A stretch of DNA of 64,000 nt from Nemertoderma westbladi. Lineage: Eukaryota; Animalia; Xenacoelomorpha. The stretch's first letter is position 1. The number at the start of each line of letters is the position of its first letter. This document shows positions 31,710 to 42,827 of this stretch, one piece after another. The stretch spans positions 72,597-136,596 of the forward strand of contig JAUCBJ010002587.1 of the NCBI GenBank assembly GCA_032718475.1, in the 5' to 3' direction. A program made the translations under genes and the position numbers. The notes under the pieces were generated by a model, which was not told where the DNA came from, made no database searches, and saw only the letters and a list, made by a program, of their open reading frames with translations.

Positions 31710-31880
31710 GGGTGCTATATAACTGTTTTCGTACCAAAATATCGTTTCCCCATATAACAATATTATGGCGGCGACTTCGTATGAAATATCTACATTTGTT
31801 TGTACTAACATAACAAGCACGTTGTAGATATTCGGTTAGCTATAATAAGTCACTTAAATCCCGTTGTATTTTACTTTCAG

Positions 31881-32186
31881 TTGTTTGGAGCGCTGTTATC
31901 TGAACGCCTAAAGATCTCTGATAGTTACTATGGGAACGGGCAATCCTTTCTGTTCCGCTACCGCCCCATGTTGGAGGTCTACAGATGGACCGGCCATAAC
32001 AACTTCTTTATCAAAGGTGACAAGCAGTACTTGGTGATCGGAGGCGGACGGGGTACGTTCGGTTTGTGGTTCGATCGGGATCTGTTCCACGGACGGTGCC
32101 AGATCTGTGATACATTCAATAACGAAATGTTATCTGATAGGGAAGACTTTAATATAGTTAGTCTAGAGGCTTGGTCGTTCGACTGA
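31881..32186 (+). CDS. OXR1: Terminal coding exon of an OXR1/NCOA7-family TLDc-domain protein (partial gene)
   Basis: Polypyrimidine tract and acceptor (tattttactttcag) end at 31880. Translation FGALLSE..YYGNGQSFLF..YRWTGHNNFFIKG..LVIGGGRGTFGLWFDRDLFHG..CDTFNNEMLS..DFNIVSLEAWSFD* matches the C-terminal half of TLDc. Confidence 0.85.
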   Translation: MFGALLSERLKISDSYYGNGQSFLFRYRPMLEVYRWTGHNNFFIKGDKQYLVIGGGRGTFGLWFDRDLFHGRCQICDTFNNEMLSDREDFNIVSLEAWSFD

Positions 32187-33021
32187 TACGTCTAGAGGCT
32201 TGGTCGTTCGACTGATACGTCTAGAGGCTTGGTCGTTCGACTGATACGTCTAGAGGCTTGGTCGTTTGACTGATACATCTAGAGGCTTGGTCGTTTGACT
32301 GATACGTCTAGAGGTTTGGAGTGCGACTGAAACGTCTAGAGGCTTGGTCATTCGACTGATACGTCTAGAGGCTTGGACGTTCGACTGATACGTCTAGAGG
32401 CTTGGTCGTTCGACTGATACGTCTAGAGGCTTGGAGTTCGACTGATACGTCTAGAGGCTTGTTCGTTCGACTGATACGTCTAGAGGCTTGGTCGTTTGAC
32501 TGATACTTCTAGAGGTTTGGAGTTCGACTGATACGTCTAGAGGCTTGGTCGTTCGACTGATACGTCTAGAGGCTTGGACGTTCGACTGATACGTCTAGAG
32601 GCTTGGTCGTTTGACTGATACGTCTAGAGGTTTGGAGTGCGACTGAAACGTCTAGAGGCTTGGTCGTTCGACTGAAACGTCTAGAGGCTTGGTCGTTTGA
32701 CTGATACGTCTAGAGGTTTGGAGTGCGACTGAAACGTCTAGGGGCTTGGTCGTTCGACTGAAACGTCTAGAGGCTTGGTCGTTCGACTGATACGTCTAGA
32801 GGCTTGGTCGTTCGACTGATACGTCTAGAGGTTTGGAGTGCGACTGAAACGTCTAGAGGCTTGGTCGTTCGACTGAAACGTCTAGAGGCTTGGTAGTTCG
32901 ACTGATACGTCTAGAGGCTTGGTCGTTCGACTGATACGTCTAGAGGCTTGGAGTTCGACTGATACGTCTAGAGGCTTGTTCGTTCGACTGATACGTCTAG
33001 AGGTTTGGTCGTTCGACTGAT
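32161..33021 (+). repeat. 29-bp minisatellite (~30 copies), GTCTAGAGGCTTGGTCGTTCGACTGATAC, starting inside the TLDc CDS
   Basis: First unit encodes the last codons (LEAWSFD*) and the TGA; later units fill the 3' UTR; some 28-bp variants. Confidence 0.95.
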
Positions 33022-33471
33022 CCCTATACTTCCCACACATCCATTGATTACAAAAAAGCTAAGGTGCTGAATGAATGATAAATTATATATTGATAAATTA
33101 CACGTGTCTGTATTAGAGTGCAGTATGACGAGCTCTTTGGTGTAGTTAATTGTTCGACACTGACACGAATTGTGCTTCAGTGATGTAGTTACGGTGTGCT
33201 CTTCTAGTATACTACGGTTCGATTTGTCGTGGGTTGCTCGTTCTGCTGAGAGGTGATACATTTGTATTCGAGATTTTAAGTTAGTGCTAGAGGTTCTATT
33301 AATTACATTGGCGCAGTTGTTTATATATTAAACTTTTTTTAATTATAAAGTCATTTAAGTATTACATAATACATCAGGGTCTTTTTTTTATTTATCTACT
33401 CATGTTAAACTGCAAGTGGTAATCATTATTTAAAACACTAAGTATTTTCTGGAAGTAAGTTTTATTTGTAG

Positions 33472-34556
33472 GGTGTCCGGACACTCCCCCCCCCCCAGAC
33501 ACTTCCCCCCCGCGGACACTTCCCCCCCCAGACACTTCCCCCCCGGACACTTCCCCCCCGACTGTTCTTAACTTCGCACATTCGTATTTTTCATTTTGTA
33601 AGGTAAACGGACCGCTTGTATCCAGATAAGTTATATCCAATTTTCCTTTCGTATCTCAGAAAGTGATCTTTTGCAACCCGATTTTACATTTTATATCCAA
33701 GTTTTATTTATGGGTTTTATCAATGCAATTACATCGTATTGTTTGCTAATCTTTAAACAATTAATTAGATGACCTATAAATTCCATCCCCCGAATGATAT
33801 ACTGTTTTTATTAACTATAGAATTATAATATTTAATTGTTTTAATTATAGGTATTATTATGTAATAGTCTTCTTCAAATTGTAGCAGATGGGGATGAATA
33901 TTATTGTTGCAATCAAAATTATACCTCTCCAGGGTAAAATCGACATGCGTCGACCTGTATTCTGTGTTCAGCATTACATATTGATAAACTAATTAAATTT
34001 CCTGGTTACTTGCAATATTTTTAATATGATTTTGTTGAATTATATAATATTGTAGTAATTTATATATTAAATTGGTTAACATTCAATACAGCTCCTACTT
34101 TAGGCTTAGTCAATTTATTATCTGATGATACAAACATGAATTGATTTATTTCAAAATGGTTTCAAAGTTTTTCACCACGGGCACACAAGGAATGCCGGGG
34201 TTTGGGGACGGCAGCCCCCAACCAAAGAAGCGAGGGTTTGGAGGCGGCAGCCCCCAACAAAAGAAGCGGGGGTTTGGGGGCGGCAGCCCCCAATTAAAAG
34301 AAAAACAAACAAAATTTGACTATAAAAATCTTGAATAATCTTGAAAAAACTTGTCTAGATACAACTTGTCCTGTAACCATCTTTAACTTTTGTTTATTGC
34401 TTTGGTGCACCCAGATTAATTTTAACACTTTAACTGGGGGGGAAGTGTCCGGGGGGGAAGTGTCCTACTTTGGCGGGGGGGAAGTGTCCGGGGGTGAAGT
34501 GTCCGGGGGGGAAGTGTCCGGGGGTGAAGTGTCCGGGGGGGAAGTGTCCTAGATCC
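33472..34556. mobile_element. Non-autonomous foldback/Mutator-like DNA transposon with modular TIRs
   Basis: Left end has tandem GGACACTTCCCCCCC modules and right end inverted GGGGGGGAAGTGTCC modules; flanked by 8-bp direct repeat ATTTGTAG (33464-33471 and 34557-34564). Superfamily assignment is inference. Confidence 0.8.
34198..34292 (+). repeat. ~2.6 copies of a 36-bp unit containing a GGGGGCGGCAGCCCCC GC hairpin, inside the foldback element
   Basis: GGGTTTGG(G/A)G(A/G)CGGCAGCCCCCAA is repeated three times with a 36-bp period. Confidence 0.8.
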
Positions 34557-34804
34557 ATTTGTAGACTATCACCATTTATGAGGATGAAAATGCTACCCCA
34601 CAGAAATGTCGGCAATCAGCACTGAGAAAATGAAAGTAAAAAATCTCTTGCAGTCTTTTAAATAATTATATTTTTGCGAATCAGTGCAAGCGAATAACTT
34701 AATAGGTATTTTTTAAAGAAAATTATTGTATTTGATTATCTCATTGAGTGCACACAGATGGGTTTGTTTGAGATACTTATCTTACTGTAACGCTAGTTCA
34801 AATA

Positions 34805-35028
34805 GGGTCAGAGTAAAACGCGGATCCGGATCCGGATTCTACATTTAACATTGTCCCTACGGAAGTCGATTTTTTTACATTTTTATAACTCCCAAAAATA
34901 AATCTATAACCTGTTCTATTGACTTTAGTTTATTGTTTTGGTTAAAATAACGTGCCACTGTAACCTGCTCCTTTCCCTAAATTGATAATTTTGGAATCCG
35001 GATCCGGATCCGCGTTTTACATCTACTC
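34805..35028. mobile_element. ~224-bp MITE (Mutator-like TSD length)
   Basis: Inverted termini GTAAAACGCGGATCCGGATCCGGATTC / GAATCCGGATCCGGATCCGCGTTTTAC; near-perfect 9-bp flanking repeat GTTCAAATA / GTTAAAATA. Confidence 0.75.
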
Positions 35029-36348
35029 GTTAAAATAGGTACTATGCAGTTTTCCCTAATTACCAGGAGTGGGTGGTATTTGTGTTAGTTGCTCATAAAT
35101 TTTTATTTAAACCTGTGTTAATGTGCTATTGTTAGTAATGTATTAATTAATTGACTTAAGTTACTTTGTCTAGGAAATTTTGTAGATTATTTTTAAGTAA
35201 TTTTGTGTATTAAAAGATGTTTAATTTTGTTTTACCTTTTCCTCACAATAATGATTACTGTATGAAACTCGAAATAAATTGATTATAATATGACATTATT
35301 AATATTCTAGTGATGTAAATAAAATATAAGTTATTAAATAATTAATTTCGTTCATTTTTATGTTGGGGGTCTGGGGGGTCATTCCGAAATGCTGTCGGGT
35401 CTAATAAACCTGCTGCCACACAAGAAATAGGGTTGGTGCACGTAGAAATTGTTGGGCTAGAAACAAATGAATAAGGGGTAACAAGGTGCCCTGAATCGAG
35501 TGACGGACGGGGTGTTTTTTTTGTATAAACACGAGAAAACGGTCGAAACGGCATGTTGAGGTAAGTGCAATTTCTAAACTTAAACGCCCAGGCTCTTATT
35601 CGAGTAAATACGGTGTATCAATTGAAAGGCGGATAGTATTGCGCGTTTTTTGACACTATAATTATTAATTAAATTTATACGAGTAAAGTTAAATGCTGTT
35701 TGCAATTAATAGTGATCTCGGAAAATTATCCGCTTCCACAAATCTCAACTCAGTCTTGAATACACTCTTCAGAATTCATGATGTTTCAAACATTAAAGGG
35801 CATTGGCCAACATTTCCCCTCTATCAGCAGACATGATAACTACTGTACTGATGAGTAACCTCCCTCAAAAACACGCAGCATTTGGTTTGGTACATATATT
35901 GCAAGATTCAGCTTAAACGGATTAAGATCAGGGAAATTTCACATGAAAATATGTGAAATTAACCGTCGCCTTCGTCAAAGTCACGTCCGACTATACATAC
36001 CCCTTCCCCTTCGATTTCCGACATGACATTAGCAACATATGTGGAGTGAAATTTTAATCTATTTGCAACCACCCCCCCCCCCCCCCCCCCCTTCCCACCA
36101 CAGCACCACTCCCCGGTTAGAATTCCCTAGTGTATCTCACTCGCGGGGTGTATTTTCCCTAGTGTATTTTAACCCCCTCCAGTGACAATTCACCCCTGCA
36201 TTTATCAATTGTCACTCTGCAAATCCATCCCCGGTTAAATTTCCCTTACTGTATTCTCACTCCCGGTATATTTTTTTGTATCTTCTACCGTACAGTATTT
36301 TACTATGTACAAATCTACAGCGTGTATTTTTCTGTGTACTACAGTAGA

Positions 36349-38627
36349 TGTTAAACTAGCGCGACCCCTATACTAACAGCAGAACTGTTGAACAGACAAA
36401 TACCCGTATACTTCTCTGCCAACCTAATGAGTTCCCGCCTAACCAATAAGACACAAAGACTGCTCTACTGTTAAGTAAAGGCGATCAGGAGCGTGCTATT
36501 ACTAAATTGTAGGGCTGCTAAATACAAAACCGCTACTTACCGTTGGATGGCGCTAATCTGCCGTCCGCTAATATATTTTACTAAATTTACACGGCTCCCG
36601 CAAAATCGCTTGTTCCTTTCTCTACCGATTGCTCGATAGAGAGCTAACTGTTCGAATCTATGAGCCACGCGGGAATAACCAAAACAATAAACCCGAGTCG
36701 GCTCCCTAAGCTTACTTAAGACGAGTGCGAGAGGCTTTGCACTCAGAGTATTCTTATGCCTAATTTTACTATTGAAATACGATAATGCCTACGTCTTTTC
36801 TAATCGCGAATACTGGGGGTTCCCTAACGGAATGTATGAATGCGAGAATATTTAAAATAATCAAAATGGTACAGTATTTTGTCTCTACGTGGATAATACC
36901 GCTCTGGGTCTAAACTTGCCTGCAGCTGGCTTTAGGCCAGCAAATTACTAGTGTGTTGTGCGTACTGAATAATGCGATCTAGCTTATTGCCCGCTAATGC
37001 AAATAACCGCTCAGCGTGAATAGTTTACAGTACCCTAATTATTACTTTAGCTATTCTCCGCTATGTTGCGTACTAATTCTTAATTTTACTAATCAATTAC
37101 AGTCACAAATATGTAACAGCGTACTAATTACTAAGAGTTCCAGAATGCGTAATTCTAATTTATTACACAACAGGTTTCGCTAGTAATAGCCTAAAATACC
37201 GTATTACTTTGACCTAATCAGTAATTAATTGTTGTAAACTAAGAAATAGAAATCAATCTAAGGGAAAGGCGCCTACCTAAGCATTCGTAATCATAGGCAC
37301 ACTTCAGTAACACACCAATCAGCGTCAGCAATCACAGTTCGCAATTATGCAGTTCACTACCGTGTAGCCCACAGTTGTGCAATTCACTCTTCGTACTCCA
37401 CACTTCACGCTGTAATACGTGCAGGCCTCTCCCGAGTACATCTAGGCTTCCTAACTAACCCGATTCCTGCCCCCCTAATACTAAATAGAGACGAAACCTG
37501 GATCATAATAATTAATGTAATGTAATTAATGTAATCGTTAATCCCCCTAATTACTGTATCGGCGAATGGTCTGCATGCTACAGTGCGAAACGCCCGACCG
37601 CAACGGTGACCCCCCGCCAGCGTTGCCCGCTTTTGAATCCTCCGCTCTCCCTTAGTCGCCCAACCCCCCGATGCGCCCACCGCCTACCGGCACCTTAGCC
37701 CTTCATTTATTTGAATAGCTACCGTAGCGGCGCATGCAAATCACAAAGTCTGACAGTCTCAGAAAATCCCTTAGGATTATTGCGTAGAAATGAATCACAT
37801 AGAACCATTAACAAAAGGGGTAGAAATCATAGTTCCGATTGTAATTAGCAGTAATCGATAGGATTGATTGAGAAACGCAATTGAGAATAGTAGCACTAAC
37901 AAATCATTTCAAGAAATTAATCGAAAAATAGCAAATTGCAGAAATACGCAAAATTATACTTCTAACTTAATGGTACTAAATATGTCTGATGGCGTTGTTG
38001 TAAGAGGTAGCAAATGGATTGAGTTGATACAGCTCTACCGGCAAACCGCCAATTTATAGGTGATCCGAGAAGGGTGATGCAATCGCTCACTCATTGGCTC
38101 TTCAATCCGCGCTTATCATTAGACCAACCTGGAAACAGTTAGTCCAATAAGAAAGCCGGATTGTAGCCCTATTGCTTCTCAAACCCTCAAAACGTCACCA
38201 TATAAGGTAATTTTGCCGGTGCTTAATTTAGCGGTACTAATAACATGATGCACAAACATTAATTTAGCGCAATTATAGGAAATTACGACACGTGATAGCT
38301 AGCCCATCAAGACTAATAACAGCAAGCCCAAAATCCAGGGTCCAACTGAACTTGCTACCCTGGAACTATCTACTTATATCCTAATACAAAATTACGTAGG
38401 TAGGGCTACATACAGTACTATACAAAATGGATGAATTCAAATATATGGGCGTTTCAATTTCCTTATCTAAGTGTCACTGCGCTATTATACCTTATCTAAA
38501 TAATTATATTGCATAACAGACTAATATTGCGTACAGTATAACGGACTAATATATTATACTGCATAATGGACCAATATATTATACTGTATAATGGCTAATA
38601 ATGTGTACAGCGCCATATACCGTAACA
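36349..38627 (-). repeat. 3' LTR (2,279 bp)
   Basis: TGTTAAACTAGC...ACCGTAACA; direct repeat of 54167-56984. Confidence 0.95.
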
Positions 38628-38634
38628 CCGCTCC
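38628..38634 (-). promoter_or_regulatory. Short polypurine tract (GGAGCGG) for plus-strand priming
   Basis: Minus strand reads ...CCCTTGGAGCGG|TGTTACGG at the 3' LTR boundary. Confidence 0.65.
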
Positions 38635-39119
38635 AAGGGAAATCATACAATGTTTCCCTCCAACTGTAGAAGAGTATAAGGTGATGTATACAAACAAAAT
38701 AAATTTCTTTCAAATAATCTAAATAACACAATAATTCTACTATTTACAAATATTGCCTGTCATAGATATTGCATAATGGAATTGCATACAAATTAAATTT
38801 ACAAATATTATCTCTCTCACTGTTTAACGATTATTACATACAAATTAAATTTACAAAATATTGTTTCTCGTTCGTACTACATAATGATTACTACATACAA
38901 GATCAAATATAAAAAATTTTGCTAGGGCAAGTGAAAGGAGTAAGCCAAACCCGCAGGTTTGTCTCCCCAATCACTTCCTTCGCCTCTCTCATAATATAAA
39001 TTCAAAACAGCTCAACTAGTGTATATGAGTCTAGTCGGATATTTCTAAAATGCTACAATATACATCAGAGCGACGATGATGTATATATCTAGAGTCTGTC
39101 GCCCTGTGCTATAAATGCA

Positions 39120-42100
39120 TTATCGACCCGCTCCTGGGTTCTTTGGGCTCGCTACCCTCTTTCGCCCTCTTCCCAGATACACCAGTCTACCCCCTGTAGA
39201 CTCTGTTGACGGCGTCCGTGAGGCGTCACTCCCCGGAACCGGCGACGATGTTCCCTGAGCCCCGACAGACTCCCGGCTGGTACTTCTACCTCGGCCTCGT
39301 CCCAATTGTCGTGCTCCTGTGGTCGCTTCCGCCAACTCTTCCTTCTGCAATTGCACGCGCGCCTTCTCCGACGCACCCTGCGCCTTGCGCTGCAATCGCT
39401 GTGCCTCTATTATAGAGTGATAGTGGTCGTCCTTGACTTGACGCTTGTCTTGGACCTCTCCTCCTGGTTCTCTCCGCGAGCCTTGAGCTCCAGCGGTTGT
39501 CGCTGTGGTCGCTGCGATTCTCTGTTCCTGTATCCTCTCAGCGGTCAATGACCCCACTGGCACATGAGTCAACAAGAATTCGTTGCGGTATTGTATAGCC
39601 GCCATCCTCCAATCACCTCGCGCGCGTACCACTTTTCTAGTTTCCGAAAACAGACCTTTTGTAATCCGGTCGCAAATGGCAACAAAGTTCCAAGTATACT
39701 TGTTATCCATATTTAACTGTCTGAAGTATTCTCGGACTACGATAACTCCAGTGTTTTGTGGAAGGTCTTGAGCGGTTAGGATGAGCTCTTGATACTGTGG
39801 CAAAGACTGTAAATACGGCTCATATGCAACGTGAGATGGGTCTACTGCCCAGAATCCGTATCCCGCCTTAAATGGTAACCAACGCATCTGCGCTTGAATG
39901 TGGTAGTCGGCCACACTTTCCCACTTATCTAACATCTCCCGAAGTAGGTTAGCGCTATGGTTTTGGAAGGAATCATCTCGCAGCTGACATCTCGCGCTGC
40001 GATGTCCCTTTACCCCACAATATCCGCATTGAGAAATGAAGACGGTGCACGTGTGAAACGAATGGTCGGTCTCATTACACCAACGGCAGACCTTATGCGC
40101 CGCCTCTACTACCGCGTCGCACGACTTTTGATTGTGCCTTGTGCTGCCGCACAACTTACACCTCCGCGCTTGTGGAAACCAGGCCCTCTCGTATATGAGG
40201 TCTCCAATCGGTTTCGCACTTCCTTCTTTCCCAATGTCTAATACGATGTCGTCCTCTCCGGTCAGCGGTTGTCGATCCGGAACAAAGTAAACATCCTCGC
40301 CCTTGTCCTCTATCTCCAATATTTCCTCCCGCGTTCGTTTCGGATATGTCTTCTCCACCGGAAGATCTACTCCGAACACCTCTACTAACGTCTCCGGCCA
40401 ACCCTCCTTAACGGGTCTATCAGCCTCCGAGTGGAAGGGAGTACCAAACCCGCGGGTTTGATTCCCGAACCACTTCTCCAAGGCTTCTGGCGTCGGATAT
40501 TCCATCGACGGTCGGTCTCCCAAATCTCCGATGTTCTGTCGATATACTCCTTCGAATATCGCTAATCCTCTCCTAACCATCGACGTATTCTCTAACGATT
40601 GGTTGAAGAACGGGGTTAAGAAACGCTTCATCACGTCGGATTGGATTCCCCCTTTCGAGCGAACGTATTGATCTCCTCCGAATACCAATGGATGACGCTT
40701 CAAAACTCGCGCAACGATATCCGCTAATAAACAAGTCACCGTGTTCGACTCAAGCACCAAATAATATTGTAGCGACGCACGGGGTGGCGCGCAAATGTTC
40801 CAATACACTAACGCTTGCCGCTTGAAGTGGGATTTGAACTCCGCTCCCGGTGGCGTGTTGTATTCGCCATACGCCTCCTCGTATTTCTTCTGCGTCTTTA
40901 ACTTAAAGTCCCAATTATACAATAAGTGTGCTATGAAGCCCATACCAGTCTTGGCAGAGTTGGGATACTCCCTATAAATTCCAATATCCTGTGCCCATAG
41001 CAACAATAGCTTGGTGTCGACGAACGGTCTCGGCAATCTATCTTCCAGATCAGTCATGGCGTTGAAGTCACTCTCCAAATCGCTCTGGACTCCCGATCCC
41101 ACCTTGACGTAATCTTGGTTGAGAATAGCCTCTCTAACCTTCTTGGGTAGCATCCTGGCGTCGATACGCTCCGCTCCGTGCATACCTCCTCGCCTGCATA
41201 CCTCCAAAATCTGCTCCCTAGGATCCTTCCCCCTCCGATATTGTGTCGTTATGATGGGCTCCGGTCTCTCTCGATCCGCCCTCACGCGCATAAACACATG
41301 AGTCACACCATCGGCCGCACGAATTTGAATGCACTTGCTAGTCAAACATTCCTGATGGGACCCTCCTTCATTGTCATAGAACATCACCCTCCAATCCTGC
41401 AGTGATTCCTCCGTTTTCCTCCACTGACGCTGAATCTCGTCTGATGGGGTCCACATGCGCTCGATAGCCTTGTGGTCATCATATCGGGTGTAAGAACCCT
41501 TCCTCCTCAGCCACGTCTGGTCTACCTCCTCGTCGTCTGGGAATGTAGCCACCGCGACCCATACTTTGATGTACTTATCCAACCATCCAAACAGTTTGCT
41601 CTCCTTCCCCGGAGCTCCAATCTTGTCCAATGTGTCATAATCTGTGATCTGCATTGGGACATCACGCAAGAACTTCGCGCATAAAACTTCCCGTAGACAG
41701 TCAACGTTCCAATGATCCGCCATTCTTACCATCGGCAAGAATCTTATCGCTTCTCGCGACTCCGGATGATCTACTAATATCGCAGGTTCGTTGCCGTCGG
41801 AATAATACACCGGTCGGGGTTGAGATACGACCTGTGGAACAAATCCGGTCACTCTCCTCGTCTCCTCTTGATGTCTATCCGCGGTCTTATTATACTCCGC
41901 TATCCTATTCTCGAATAACTCTTTCGCCTTCGCCGCTCGCTCCTCCTGTCGCAACGCGTCTATGTCGTCCTGATGCTCAGGAGTGAGGGTTCTCGCTCGG
42001 TGAGGTGAAGTAAACGCAGTCCAGGGACTCGAGAGCTCCAAACCCGCGGGTTTGGTACCCGAGTCCCGTGCCGCTTCGCGCCGCGCCTCTAGATCCTTGT

Positions 42101-42827
42101 AGGCTCGGTACAGCGAAATGGCCGCTGCCGTCTCTATCAAACTGGGTGTCGAACAGGGTTTAATCTCCGTATACGGATCTAATGTCGTAACGGTCGGCGT
42201 AATGGGTCTCGGAGGTCGCTTTCCGCTGAAGTCGATACTGATCATCGGGTTGCTCATCGGGTAACCTCCCTCGTTATATCTAAGGAACTGGTGAGCTTGA
42301 CATCGCGTTAATATCGGTTCTGGATGTTGCTCGTCTAGTCGGTCGGGAATCGCCACGTCTTGTTTATTCATGCATTCACCGCACTTGTAGAACAGCTTGT
42401 ACACGCTGAAGATTTTCGGCGTCTCCTGATCCTCGCCTCGAGTCCTCCGGTACAGATGCATTCCGTCGAACTGATCGCGGACTGCAGGTAGAGGTTCTTC
42501 GTGTCGTAAATACATATTCATATGGTACAGCCGTGCGATCTCCTCGTCCGGGTCTGCACTAATGTCACATACGTCTAAAGCGAAGTCGTAGGGATACCGA
42601 GTGCGATACTCTCTCCGCAAAACTTCCATACGGTCCCCCAACGCTCTCATTCTTTCCCTCCGTAATTCCTTATCATAAGTGGGTTTGTATTTCCCATTTA
42701 GCTCCATCACCGACCGCCCATGGTAGTAAACGTTCGAATCTTTACATCCCGGTCGCGCGAATGGTAGCTCCGCCTCCTCTCTGGCAGTAAATCCTCTGCG
42801 CGGTTGCGCTCTAATATCCTTCTCCAT
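39120..42827 (-). CDS. Retrotransposon accessory ORF3 (~1,235 aa from ATG 42827): DEDDy-like 3'-5' exonuclease domain plus three CCHC zinc knuckles
   Basis: Intact ORF between pol and the 3' LTR. Motifs VMFYDNEG (ExoI DxE), CIQI, LP..VREAILNQDYVKVGSGVQSD (ExoII), FVDT, GMGFIAHLL, W...P...QYYLVLES (ExoIII-like) follow the WRN/EXD2/RNase D pattern. Knuckles CKLCGSTRHNQKSC, CRWCNETDHSFHTC, CGYCGVKGHRSARC. Confidence 0.75.
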   Translation of the reverse strand: MEKDIRAQPRRGFTAREEAELPFARPGCKDSNVYYHGRSVMELNGKYKPTYDKELRRERMRALGDRMEVLRREYRTRYPYDFALDVCDISADPDEEIARLYHMNMYLRHEEPLPAVRDQFDGMHLYRRTRGEDQETPKIFSVYKLFYKCGECMNKQDVAIPDRLDEQHPEPILTRCQAHQFLRYNEGGYPMSNPMISIDFSGKRPPRPITPTVTTLDPYTEIKPCSTPSLIETAAAISLYRAYKDLEARREAARDSGTKPAGLELSSPWTAFTSPHRARTLTPEHQDDIDALRQEERAAKAKELFENRIAEYNKTADRHQEETRRVTGFVPQVVSQPRPVYYSDGNEPAILVDHPESREAIRFLPMVRMADHWNVDCLREVLCAKFLRDVPMQITDYDTLDKIGAPGKESKLFGWLDKYIKVWVAVATFPDDEEVDQTWLRRKGSYTRYDDHKAIERMWTPSDEIQRQWRKTEESLQDWRVMFYDNEGGSHQECLTSKCIQIRAADGVTHVFMRVRADRERPEPIITTQYRRGKDPREQILEVCRRGGMHGAERIDARMLPKKVREAILNQDYVKVGSGVQSDLESDFNAMTDLEDRLPRPFVDTKLLLLWAQDIGIYREYPNSAKTGMGFIAHLLYNWDFKLKTQKKYEEAYGEYNTPPGAEFKSHFKRQALVYWNICAPPRASLQYYLVLESNTVTCLLADIVARVLKRHPLVFGGDQYVRSKGGIQSDVMKRFLTPFFNQSLENTSMVRRGLAIFEGVYRQNIGDLGDRPSMEYPTPEALEKWFGNQTRGFGTPFHSEADRPVKEGWPETLVEVFGVDLPVEKTYPKRTREEILEIEDKGEDVYFVPDRQPLTGEDDIVLDIGKEGSAKPIGDLIYERAWFPQARRCKLCGSTRHNQKSCDAVVEAAHKVCRWCNETDHSFHTCTVFISQCGYCGVKGHRSARCQLRDDSFQNHSANLLREMLDKWESVADYHIQAQMRWLPFKAGYGFWAVDPSHVAYEPYLQSLPQYQELILTAQDLPQNTGVIVVREYFRQLNMDNKYTWNFVAICDRITKGLFSETRKVVRARGDWRMAAIQYRNEFLLTHVPVGSLTAERIQEQRIAATTATTAGAQGSRREPGGEVQDKRQVKDDHYHSIIEAQRLQRKAQGASEKARVQLQKEELAEATTGARQLGRGRGRSTSRESVGAQGTSSPVPGSDASRTPSTESTGGRLVYLGRGRKRVASPKNPGAGR

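Noticed and set aside
15628-31722. 5,364-aa and 913-aa ORFs (CTLLRSAINWFVVDL)n and antisense (QRSTTNQLIADRSKV)n
   Set aside because: By-product of a 45-bp unit with stop-free frames; no unique domains, and a 4-bp indel breaks the frame.
32161-33021. CRISPR-like appearance of the 29-bp repeats (also the 39- and 45-bp arrays)
   Set aside because: Head-to-tail repeats with no unique spacers, no cas genes, eukaryotic context.
33392-34615. GGEVS-repeat and GHFPP-repeat ORFs
   Set aside because: Translations of the modular TIRs of the foldback element.
35590-35616. CTCTTATTCGAGTAAATACGGT, resembling a pogo/Tigger-type terminus
   Set aside because: Only one end found and no TSD, so no element can be delimited.
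37868-38059. 63-aa ORF present twice (also 56230-56421)
   Set aside because: Short, non-ATG start, duplicated only because it lies in the LTRs.
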